Shown: one piece after another, positions 56,240 to 64,000 of the stretch
Layout: the number at the start of each line of letters is the position of its first letter
How positions within the stretch are numbered: the first letter of the stretch is position 1
Origin: Actinomycetota bacterium
GTDB lineage: Bacteria; Actinomycetota; UBA4738; HRBIN12
NCBI GenBank assembly: GCA_046724395.1
Contig: JBKOWM010000020.1
Span: 12 to 64,011 of the forward strand
Length of the DNA: 64,000 bases
Reading direction: 5' to 3'
The notes under the pieces: generated by a model
Seen by the model: the letters and a program-made list of their open reading frames with translations, nothing else
Told to the model about the DNA's origin: nothing
The model's database searches: none
Made by a program: the position numbers and the translations under genes

Positions 56240-57484
56240 GTGAACGAGTGGCGGCTCCGGATACCATCGCCTCCTGCCGTGGAGGAACGCTCGCGCCGTG
56301 AGGTGGCTCGAAGGGCCGGCGTCGACCTGGAGTACGTCGACCGATTGGTCGAGATCGGGATCCTGAAACCTGGCCCGAGGGATACGTTCTCGCCGGGTGA
56401 CGTTCGAAGGGCGCGCTGGGTTCGGAGCTTGGAGCGCGCCGGCGTTCCGCTGGACGAGATGGCCACCGCCGTCCGCCAACGACTTCTTTCGTTGTCCTTC
56501 CTGGACGTGCCCGTGTTCGATCGGTTCGCCGTACTCAGCGACACTACATTCGGCGAGCTGAGTGAACGCACGGGTGTTCCGTTGGAGCTGCTCGAGGTCG
56601 TCCGAGAGGCCGTCGGTTTCGCAGACCCCCAGCCTGGGGACCGCGTGCGCGAGGACGAGCTTTCCGTCGTCGAGGCGATCCAACTCCAGCTCTCGAACGG
56701 ATTCCGGCCCATCGCGATCGAACGGTGGCTCCGGGTCTGCGAAGACAGTCTTCGTCGAATCATCGAGACCGAGACGGATTGGTATGGGACCGAGGTGATC
56801 CGGCCCCTCCTGGAGTCAGGCATGACGGAGGCGGAGATGCTCGAGGCGCAGGCGGACGTGGGGTCCCGCGTCGCCCCCCTCACCGAGCAGGCGACGCTCG
56901 CCATCTACCACGGACAGCAGGAACACGCCTGGAGCAGGGCGTTGGTCGAGTACGTGGAGGGCGCGCTCGACAGGGCCGGGCTGCTCAAGCGGTTGCACCG
57001 TCCGCCGGCCATGGTCTTCCTCGACGTCACCGGGTACACGAGGCTGACGGAGGAGCGCGGAGACCAGGCTGCGGCGGACCTGGCGGCCAGGCTTGCGACG
57101 TTCGTCCGGCGCCGCGCACAGGAACACGGTGGCCAGCCGGTGAAGTGGCTCGGGGACGGCGTGATGTTCTACTTTCCGGACCCCGCCCAAGGCGTCATTG
57201 CCGCACTCGAGATGGTGGACGGCGTTGCGACGCGAGGCCTTCCACCCGCGCATGTCGGGATCCACGCCGGGCCGGTGGTCTTCCAGGAGGGGGACTACTT
57301 CGGCCGGACGGTGAACATCGCGGCGCGGATCGCCGACTACGCGAGACCGGGCGAGGTGCTGGTGAGCCAGGAAGTCGTCGACGCCGCCGCCGGAACGGCC
57401 GTGACGTTTACGGACATCGGGCCCGTCGAGTTAAAGGGCGTGTCGGGCCCCCTTCACCTTCAGACAGCTCATCGATCCTCGTGA
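56240..57484 (+). CDS. class III adenylate/guanylate cyclase with N-terminal MerR-like HTH region
   Basis: Cyclase motifs 'MVFLDVTGYTRLTE', 'VKWLGDGVMFYFP', 'GIHAGPVVFQEGDYFGRTVNIAARIA'. N-terminus 'EVARRAGVDLEYVDRLVEIGILKPG' is HTH-like. Start uncertain (GTG 56240 or 56279). Confidence 0.8.
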   Translation: MNEWRLRIPSPPAVEERSRREVARRAGVDLEYVDRLVEIGILKPGPRDTFSPGDVRRARWVRSLERAGVPLDEMATAVRQRLLSLSFLDVPVFDRFAVLSDTTFGELSERTGVPLELLEVVREAVGFADPQPGDRVREDELSVVEAIQLQLSNGFRPIAIERWLRVCEDSLRRIIETETDWYGTEVIRPLLESGMTEAEMLEAQADVGSRVAPLTEQATLAIYHGQQEHAWSRALVEYVEGALDRAGLLKRLHRPPAMVFLDVTGYTRLTEERGDQAAADLAARLATFVRRRAQEHGGQPVKWLGDGVMFYFPDPAQGVIAALEMVDGVATRGLPPAHVGIHAGPVVFQEGDYFGRTVNIAARIADYARPGEVLVSQEVVDAAAGTAVTFTDIGPVELKGVSGPLHLQTAHRSS

Positions 57485-57525
57485 TTCCGGTCCCGACGCC
57501 TCTCTCAGGGTGGGCTCGAGAGACG

Positions 57526-58209
57526 CTACGAGGTGTCGGCGTTTGCCAACAGCCCTAGTTCTGCAGCGTAGCCGTCGAGGCGGTCCGCCAACTCCTTCGG
57601 GCGGCTGAGTGCGGGCGTGTGACCGCCGTCGATCTCGTCCGGCGTCATCCCCAGACGCTCGCGCGCGACCCTTCGAACGAAGGGAGCGGGGAGCAGGCGG
57701 TCATCGCGACAGAGGATGACTCTCGTCGGGACGGTCGGCCAGGCTTTCAACGGCGATCGCTCCCCCATCCGCGTCTCAGACTGCCTACGTCCACGCTTCA
57801 AGGCCTCCGCCGCAAGCGCTCTCGGGACGTCTTGGTAGAACAGGGCGATCTCATCGTCGTAGTGTTCGCGCGCCTCCTCGTCGTATCCGGTGTTCGCCCA
57901 ATAATCGGCGGGGGCCTCGCCGGGAGCCGGAATCATCGGTGCGACAAGGACGAGCAGCTCGACCGGCACCCGCTCGCACACGAGCGGCGCCGTGAAGCCG
58001 CCCAGCGACTGGGCCACGACGACCACACCGGTCCGAGAACCGATCGCGTCGACGACGGCGTCTGTGTATTCGGGGAGTCCGGCCGCGTCATCGTCACATG
58101 GAAGGTTGGGCGCGACGGTGTCGTGGCCTCGTGCACGCAGCTCGCTTTCGACAAGACGCCAGTACCAGCCGACGTCGCCGGCGCCGTGGATCAAGACGAA
58201 GGCGGCCAT
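57526..58209 (-). CDS. alpha/beta hydrolase
   Basis: SD 'AAGGAGGG' 6 nt before ATG 58209. 'FVLIHGAG', nucleophile elbow 'VAQSLGG'. The long upstream ORF-track extension is discounted. Confidence 0.75.
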   Translation of the reverse strand: MAAFVLIHGAGDVGWYWRLVESELRARGHDTVAPNLPCDDDAAGLPEYTDAVVDAIGSRTGVVVVAQSLGGFTAPLVCERVPVELLVLVAPMIPAPGEAPADYWANTGYDEEAREHYDDEIALFYQDVPRALAAEALKRGRRQSETRMGERSPLKAWPTVPTRVILCRDDRLLPAPFVRRVARERLGMTPDEIDGGHTPALSRPKELADRLDGYAAELGLLANADTS

Positions 58210-58271
58210 CTCTCGCCCTCCTTTTGGGTCCGGCCGCTTCGACCCCGTCCGCCATCGGCCGGAAGACGTCC

Positions 58272-59054
58272 TCAGCCCCGTCGCGGATCTGCGACGTTGG
58301 ATCTTTTTCGTCGGCTTTCGTCGGCGGGCCTGCCCTCCTTGTACGCGGCCATCAGCTCCCTCTTGCGACGGTCGTCCAGATACTTCACAGCCTCGCGCAT
58401 CGTCACGCCGGACGCGCGATGCGTCCGCGGCGCGAGCCACTGGTACACCTCGTCGGGGCGGCGTTTGCCCGTCTCGCGCAGCACCCACCCGATGGCCTTG
58501 CGGATGAAAAACTCCTTCTCGTCGAGCATCGCGTCGGCGTGGGAGGCGAAGCGGCCGAAGCTCGCACCGTCCTTCAGCGGGAGGAGTTCCGCCAGCAACG
58601 CCGAACGGCGCACCCAGAAGTCCTCGTCCTTGGCCCAGCGATCGAGCCGATCCGCGGCCCCTGGGTTCCGAAGGACGACCGCGCCTGCCACGTCGCCGCT
58701 CAGCACGTCGACGAGCGCCCACGTCTTCGACTCACGGATGAGCCGCTCGATCAGGTCGAGGTCGGCCGGCTTCAGCAGTCGTGCGTGCTCTTCAAGCAGC
58801 ATCACGGCGGCCATCCGCCGCTCGAACACCGGTTCCGACCACAAAGAAGCCACCAGGGAAACGATGTGGTCGTGGGATAGATCCGGGTGCCGCCCGGCGA
58901 AGGACTTCATGACGCTGCGGATTCCCCACACGGAGACGCCGAGGAACTCGAGATCGCTCTTCAGGTAGCGCTTCTCGCCCTCGGCGCGCTCCGGCGTTCC
59001 GAGGGCACGCAGTTCCTGCTCCAGCTCGTCGGCCGCCTCAGTCACGAAGAACAT
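58272..59054 (-). CDS. DNA alkylation repair protein (AlkD/AlkC HEAT-like family)
   Basis: 'YLKSDLEFLGVSVWGIRSV', 'RRMAAVMLLEEH', 'WALVDVLSGDVAG', 'FFIRKAIGWVLRE' match the DNA_alkylation family pattern. Confidence 0.7.
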   Translation of the reverse strand: MFFVTEAADELEQELRALGTPERAEGEKRYLKSDLEFLGVSVWGIRSVMKSFAGRHPDLSHDHIVSLVASLWSEPVFERRMAAVMLLEEHARLLKPADLDLIERLIRESKTWALVDVLSGDVAGAVVLRNPGAADRLDRWAKDEDFWVRRSALLAELLPLKDGASFGRFASHADAMLDEKEFFIRKAIGWVLRETGKRRPDEVYQWLAPRTHRASGVTMREAVKYLDDRRKRELMAAYKEGRPADESRRKRSNVADPRRG

Positions 59055-59121
59055 GAGCGACGAGGGTAGTCGGCTCGAGGCGATTTGGGAGGACGCGCAA
59101 GGAGTTCCTCCCGCCAACTCC

Positions 59122-60102
59122 TCATCGCGGATGTCCGAGGACATCCGGGTTCACGACGTTGGTCGGCTTTCCTGCCGCGTAGGCATTGATCTGATCGAAC
59201 ACGTCGGAGAACTGCACGTCGAACTCGTCCTTCGTCACGTACCCGATGTGCGGCGTAACGACGACGCTGCTCATCTGCAACAGCGGATGTGACGTGTCGC
59301 GAAGCGGTTCCTCGTCGAAGACGTCGACGGCAGCCATGCCGGGCCGGCCCGCCTGCAGGGCCGAGACCAGCGCGCCGGCTTCGATGAGCGCCGCACGGCT
59401 CGTGTTCACGAGAAGCGCCGTCGGCTTCATGCGAGCGAGGTCCGAGGCCTTGATGATCCCTCGCGTCGCCGGTACTAGACGCATATGAATTGACAACACA
59501 TCGCATGCTTCGAAGAACGAGGCCTTGCTCTCGGCAGATTCGTAGCCATCGGTCTGCGCCCTCGCGAGCGACGTCTCCCGGCCCCAGACGACGACGCGCA
59601 TCCCAAAGGCTCGGCCGTACCCGGCGACGACGGCACCGATCCGGCCGTAGCCGTAGATGCCAAGAGACTTGCCGTAAAGCGAGTCCCCGACGCCCATCTG
59701 CCACTCACCTGCACGCAGGGACGCCGCCTGCTGCGGAATCTGTCGCATCGCCGCGAGGACGAGGCCCCACGTGAGCTCGGCCGTTGCGTGCGACGGCGTG
59801 TCCGAGTGCAGATCGGATGAGACGATGATTCCGAGCCGCGTGCACGCGTCGAGGTCGATGTGAGGATAGACGCTCCGCTGGCTGATCAGTCGCAGCGTCG
59901 GCAGCCGCTCGAGCAGTGGCGCGCGTATCCGCGTCCGCTCCCGTATGAGCACGAGCGCCTCGCATCTTTGTAGTCGGTCGGTCAGGACGTCGACGTCCTC
60001 GACGTGGTCGTTCCACACCGTAACCTCGTGTTCCGCGAGTTTTTCGAAGCACGGCAACCCGCGGAGTGTGTCGAACCAGTCGTCGAGGATCGTTACCTTC
60101 AT
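59122..60102 (-). CDS. D-isomer-specific 2-hydroxyacid dehydrogenase
   Basis: NAD fold '[14 protein letters not shown]', catalytic '[10 protein letters not shown]', 'VTPHIGY'. Confidence 0.8.
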   Translation of the reverse strand: MKVTILDDWFDTLRGLPCFEKLAEHEVTVWNDHVEDVDVLTDRLQRCEALVLIRERTRIRAPLLERLPTLRLISQRSVYPHIDLDACTRLGIIVSSDLHSDTPSHATAELTWGLVLAAMRQIPQQAASLRAGEWQMGVGDSLYGKSLGIYGYGRIGAVVAGYGRAFGMRVVVWGRETSLARAQTDGYESAESKASFFEACDVLSIHMRLVPATRGIIKASDLARMKPTALLVNTSRAALIEAGALVSALQAGRPGMAAVDVFDEEPLRDTSHPLLQMSSVVVTPHIGYVTKDEFDVQFSDVFDQINAYAAGKPTNVVNPDVLGHPR

Positions 60103-60436
60103 ACGCCCCATCGTCTCATTGGGATGCAGACGTCGTTGCGGTGCGGCTTCCTTCGATGACCACGTCTCAACGTGACAACCAGTACAGGCTGATGCCCAGG
60201 ATCCTCAGATGAATGGCCTGGTCGGTCACGATCACTCCCCAAGACGCCATCGCGAAGTTCTGCTTCCAGCGGAGCTGAGCAGCAGTCGCGTCGGCCATCT
60301 CCGGTCGACGATCGCATGGGTGCTGCCGAGATCCCGAGGAACCACACCGCACGCAGGTCATGCCACACCGGGAGAACGAGAAGAGCCAACGTCAGATGGT
60401 AGGTGAGGACGTGAACGAGGGAGAAGCCAGCGCCGG

Positions 60437-60640
60437 ATGAGGTTCAGCGAGCTCAGGCTCGGGCTCGATCACGTCGCATTCGGCTGCGAGGACCGAGCGG
60501 AACTCGAGAACTCGACGAGCTCGGCATCCAGCACACCGACATCGAGGACTCGCACCACGGGTCGGACGTGAGCTTGCGAGACCCCGACGGTATCGCGCTC
60601 GAGTTCTTCGCCCCGCTGAGCCATGGGAGCGGCGCCGATC
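60437..60640 (+). pseudogene. VOC/glyoxalase-family remnant (frameshift plus internal deletion)
   Basis: 'MRFSELRLGLDHVAFGCEDRAELE' then a frame change to 'LDELGIQHTDIEDSHHGSDVSLRDPDGIALEFFAP'; the middle of the domain is missing. Confidence 0.4.
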
Positions 60641-60704
60641 TGGGTAGGGGTATCAGAACGCGGTTCGCGGATGAACGAGGACACGGCCCGCGCGGGAGGA
60701 CGGC

Positions 60705-61295
60705 ATGGGCAGACTGATCGTCAGCGAGTTCGTCACTCTGGACGGGGTGATCCAGTCGCCGGGCTATCCGGACGAGGACCCGAGCGGCGGCTTCGACGCG
60801 GGCGGCTGGCAGCCGCAGTACTTCGACGACGAGGGTGGCCGGGCCGTCATGGGCCGGCTGAGCGAGTCCGGCGGACTCGTCCTCGGTCGGCGCACGTACC
60901 AGATCTTCGCGGGGTACTGGCCGAACGCGTCCGCCGACGACCCGATGGCGGCAATCATCAACGGGCTCCCGAAGTACGCGGTCTCGACGACGCTGCGGGA
61001 GCCCCTCCCCTGGAGCAACAGCCACGTGATCAAGGGCAACGTCGCCAAGGAGATCGAGGAGCTCAAGGCGCAGGACGGTAAAGACCTCATCGTGATCGGT
61101 AGTGGGGAGCTCGTCCAGACGCTCATGGATGAGGACCTGGTCGACGAGTTCGCGTTGATGATCCATCCGCTCGTGATCGGCGGCGGGAAGCGGCTTTTCC
61201 GCGACGGCACTCCGGCGAAGAAGCTTCGGCTGACGAACACCACGACGACGAGCACGGGGGTCATGATCGCCTCGTACGTTCCAGCCGATCGCTAA
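60705..61295 (+). CDS. dihydrofolate reductase-family protein (RibD C-terminal-like)
   Basis: 'MGRLIVSEFVTLDGV', 'LVLGRRTY', 'LIVIGSGELVQTLMDEDLVDEFALMIHPLVIGGGKRLF'. Confidence 0.8.
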   Translation: MGRLIVSEFVTLDGVIQSPGYPDEDPSGGFDAGGWQPQYFDDEGGRAVMGRLSESGGLVLGRRTYQIFAGYWPNASADDPMAAIINGLPKYAVSTTLREPLPWSNSHVIKGNVAKEIEELKAQDGKDLIVIGSGELVQTLMDEDLVDEFALMIHPLVIGGGKRLFRDGTPAKKLRLTNTTTTSTGVMIASYVPADR

Positions 61296-61372
61296 ACGAC
61301 GGCCGACGCGAAACAGCCCGAGCCGGAAGCGGGCTCTCGTCGTCGCAGACGTTCGCTTGCAGGAGCAGTCGT

Positions 61373-62503
61373 CTAGCGCTGCTCGTCAGGCGGGCGCGTG
61401 GGATCGTGAACGTGGGCGTCCGAGAAGTCGGCGACGTCGAGTCTCAGGTTCACAGGCTCGAAGGTGGACGTGACCCGGACGGCGGCCCGCTCTCTGACCG
61501 CCGTCTGTGCGGCGTCGAGCACGTCGAGGAGATGAACGTCCTGCTCGATCGTGGCCAGAGGCTGGCGCGACTGATGAATCGCAGAAATTAGTTCGCGCAA
61601 TCCGTCGGTCCACAGCCACGTCGCATCGAGTGCGTCGACCAGCCGCCAGGAAGCCTCCTTCGAGCGATAGACCTCGTACCCCCGTGGATCCCAGTCATCA
61701 CCCAAGAGATTGGCGGCTCCCTCTGTGCCGTAGAGCTCCAGCGCCGGTCGCCGGTAGGCACGGATCTGCCAGCTCGCGATCGTCGACGACAGAGCCCCCG
61801 AGTGGTGTCGCGAGGTCAGATGGAAGACGTCGGGGACCTCGCCGGCCGGCATCGCATCGAAGGAGGCCATCGCCGCGGACGTCTCCGCCGCGACAACCTC
61901 GGCGATCGGCCCGAGGAGGGACGTGAAGCTCTTCAGGTTGTAGACGCCGAGGTCGGCTAGCGGTCCGACCTCGACCATCCAGCTGTTCCAATCCGGACGC
62001 GGAACACCGTAGAGCCCTCTCGCGGAATGGACCCGTCCGATCGCCCCGTCGGCGATCTCTGTCCACAACGCGCGAAACGTCGGCGCAAGCTGGACGAAGG
62101 GTGCCGCGAGTAGATGAACCCCGCGTGCACGTGCGAGCTCGGCCAGCTCGGCCCCCTCCCGCCGCGAGGACGCGAGCGGCTTCTCGACGAGGACGTGCTT
62201 CGCGTTCTCCAACGCGAGCTTCGCGAGCTCGGCATGGCTGGCCGCCGCCGTGAGCACCAGGACGACGTCGACGTCGCTCTCCACGACCGCCTCGGGATCG
62301 GCCACCAGCGCGGCGCCCGGACGCCTGGAACGGATCCGCTCCCATGTCTCGGGTCGCCGGGCGCAAATTGGGCCGGCCTCGGCCAGACCCCGGGGAACGA
62401 GGCGATCGAGCAGCTGCAGATACGCCCACAGCACGCTGCCACTACCGATGAACCCGACCCGTACCGGAGAGGAGCTCGATCGGTCCGCCCCCCGCGCCAT
62501 CAC
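61373..62503 (-). CDS. Gfo/Idh/MocA-family oxidoreductase
   Basis: 'VRVGFIGSGSV' Rossmann, 'HVLVEKPLA', C-terminal alpha/beta domain. Confidence 0.8.
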   Translation of the reverse strand: MMARGADRSSSSPVRVGFIGSGSVLWAYLQLLDRLVPRGLAEAGPICARRPETWERIRSRRPGAALVADPEAVVESDVDVVLVLTAAASHAELAKLALENAKHVLVEKPLASSRREGAELAELARARGVHLLAAPFVQLAPTFRALWTEIADGAIGRVHSARGLYGVPRPDWNSWMVEVGPLADLGVYNLKSFTSLLGPIAEVVAAETSAAMASFDAMPAGEVPDVFHLTSRHHSGALSSTIASWQIRAYRRPALELYGTEGAANLLGDDWDPRGYEVYRSKEASWRLVDALDATWLWTDGLRELISAIHQSRQPLATIEQDVHLLDVLDAAQTAVRERAAVRVTSTFEPVNLRLDVADFSDAHVHDPTRPPDEQR

Positions 62504-62603
62504 GATCGCGGACTATACGTTCCGGATGGAGGGACGCCGCTCGCCGGCCGCAGGCCGGCGGCGAGTTTGACCTCAAAATTCGTAACGTTGTAACGTCCGC
62601 GCG

Positions 62604-63422
62604 ATGAGCGCGTCGCTCGAGCCGAAGCCCGCCGAGTCGACCCGCCCTCTGGCGTCGCCGAGAAAGATCAACCGCGACGTTCCGGTTCCGCTTCACTTCC
62701 AACTCCGCGCGCTGCTCGTGGAGATGATCGAGCGAGGCGAGGTCCCGCCCGGCGAGCCGTTGCCGCCCGAGCGGACGCTGGCCGCACGCTACGGCGTGTC
62801 GCTGACTCCCATCCGGCAAGCGATCTTGGACCTCGTCAAGGAGGGCGTGCTGTATCGGCGCCCGGGAAGCGGAACCTTCATCCGGGAGCCGCCGACGACC
62901 GAACGGGTTTCGGTCTTGAGTTCGTTCAGCGAGAGCCTGAGGGCGCGGGGCGCGGACGTCGACGTGACGGTCCTCGTGCAGCGGCGGACGCGGACGCCAC
63001 GCGAGATCGCCCCGCTCGTCGGACCCACCCGAGACGTCCTCATCATCGAACGCGTGACGGTCATCGACGGCGAGCCGGCCGCCGTCCTTCGCTCGTCGCT
63101 CCCGGCCGACCGATTTCCCGATCTCGAACACGCCAAGCTCCCGCGCGGGTCGCTCTATCGGTACCTCGAGGACGCGGCCGGCGTCGTTCCGATGCGCGCC
63201 GAGACCACGGTACAGGTCGTCCCTTGCAGCACCGTGCGATCCGAGCAGCTCGGGATCGCCGCTGGAGCACCGCTCCTGCAGGCCACGGGCGCCGTGTTCG
63301 ACGCCGACGACGACGTCATCGAGGCGTTCGAGGTCCAGTACCGCTCGGATGTCGTCCGCTTGCGATTCGACACGCTGCAGACTGCCGAGGACATCGTCGC
63401 CGGCCGGGCACGATCGCCGTAG
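62604..63422 (+). CDS. GntR-family regulator with UTRA domain (HutC subfamily)
   Basis: HTH 'LPPERTLAARYGVSLTPIRQAILDLVKEGVLYRRPGSGTFI'; C-terminal UTRA-like domain. Confidence 0.8.
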   Translation: MSASLEPKPAESTRPLASPRKINRDVPVPLHFQLRALLVEMIERGEVPPGEPLPPERTLAARYGVSLTPIRQAILDLVKEGVLYRRPGSGTFIREPPTTERVSVLSSFSESLRARGADVDVTVLVQRRTRTPREIAPLVGPTRDVLIIERVTVIDGEPAAVLRSSLPADRFPDLEHAKLPRGSLYRYLEDAAGVVPMRAETTVQVVPCSTVRSEQLGIAAGAPLLQATGAVFDADDDVIEAFEVQYRSDVVRLRFDTLQTAEDIVAGRARSP

Positions 63423-63469
63423 GGAGCAGTGCACCGCACGTTCGAACATCGTGAAGGAGGGGAAGCGCG

Positions 63470-64000
63470 ATGAGGCAACGGCCCGACGCTCCATCGATCA
63501 GGTTCACGCGGCGCGAACTGCTTCGACAGGCCGGGGTCGCTGCGGTCGCGGCGGGAGGCCTCCCAGCCCTGCTCGCGGCGTGCAGCAACGACAACGGAGG
63601 CGGCGCGACCCCGACGGCCGGCGGATCGGCGGGCGGCGCGGCCGACATCAGTGGGACGACGCTCGACTTCTACAGCTGGCAGGGATACGACATTCCCGTC
63701 AAGCCGATCAAGGCGTGGCTGAAGGACAACGACGTCACCATGAAGACGACGTACATCAGCACGCACGACGACATCACCGCGAAGTTCACGACGGGCGGCG
63801 GCCGCGGGAACTACAACCTCAGCACGTACGAGGCCGGGTGGGGCCCCTTGTACATCGACCTCGGGATCCCGACGGTCCTCGACGTCTCCCGCGTCCCCAA
63901 CTTTCAGAAGGCGTACGACGTCTTCAAGACCGGCACGGCAGGCAAGTGGTTCAACGTGGACGGAAAGCAATACGCGTTTCCGTTCACGTGGGGCGTCCAG
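63470..64000 (+). CDS. ABC substrate-binding lipoprotein (PotD/family-1-like), Tat signal, 3'-partial
   Basis: SD 'GAAGGAGGGG' 7 nt before ATG. 'RFTRRELLRQAGVAAVAAGGLPALLAACSN' has a twin-Arg motif and lipobox. ORF runs off the window end. Confidence 0.75.
   Translation, partial: MRQRPDAPSIRFTRRELLRQAGVAAVAAGGLPALLAACSNDNGGGATPTAGGSAGGAADISGTTLDFYSWQGYDIPVKPIKAWLKDNDVTMKTTYISTHDDITAKFTTGGGRGNYNLSTYEAGWGPLYIDLGIPTVLDVSRVPNFQKAYDVFKTGTAGKWFNVDGKQYAFPFTWGVQ

Noticed and set aside
60120-60430. Short ORFs between the 2-hydroxyacid dehydrogenase and the VOC remnant
   Set aside because: Hydrophobic snippets without start-site support; probably debris of a lost membrane-protein gene.
1-64000. CRISPR arrays, IS elements with terminal inverted repeats, rRNA genes
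   Set aside because: No regularly spaced direct repeats, no transposase-like ORFs and no rRNA-like conserved stretches were seen on reading the sequence.

Overview
High-GC (about 68-70%) actinobacterial-type chromosomal window. I support about 75 features: about 65 intact protein genes, several decayed gene fragments, 4 tRNA genes (Ser-GGA, Ser-CGA, Arg-ACG, Ser-GCT), one tandem repeat and two intrinsic terminators. All family calls come from reading motifs in the supplied translations; no database search was run.

Main contents:
- Housekeeping blocks: DivIVA-like protein and an ECF sigma factor; tadA with adjacent Ser tRNAs; agmatinase; a chrA-arsR-VOC / copB-type P-type ATPase metal cluster; pncB.
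- Sulfur uptake: a long minus-strand operon (yezD-like, sbp, cysT, cysW, cysA, ssuA-like, ssuB-like, ssuC-like) with a divergent luciferase-like monooxygenase.
- Heme synthesis: a complete coproporphyrin-dependent pathway in two clusters (hemA-hemC-hemD-hemB, and hemE-cpfC-cgoX-chdC), the second chained by GTGA/ATGA start-stop overlaps.
- Other: Nramp transporter, S1 protease, AAA+ ATPase, msrA, LysE exporter, a Leu/Val dehydrogenase, a QueF-like protein, and two ANT(6)-like nucleotidyltransferases.
- Accessory region: about 24.98-36.47 kb has lower GC and reads as a decayed, mosaic island abutting tRNA-Arg(ACG) and tRNA-Ser(GCT). It holds a frameshifted integrase remnant, an orphan tRNA 3'-half, three ECF sigma copies (one intact with its anti-sigma), gene fragments, and small secreted Cys peptides.
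- Best candidate for a novel system: a tight co-directional four-gene membrane cluster at 51.6-57.5 kb. It encodes a PAP2/kinase-like/Cys-rich-ectodomain fusion, a TMEM175-like K+ channel, an MFS transporter fused to a cNMP-binding domain, and an HTH-fused class III adenylyl cyclase.

Long antisense ORFs and read-through fusion ORFs in the six-frame track were discounted.
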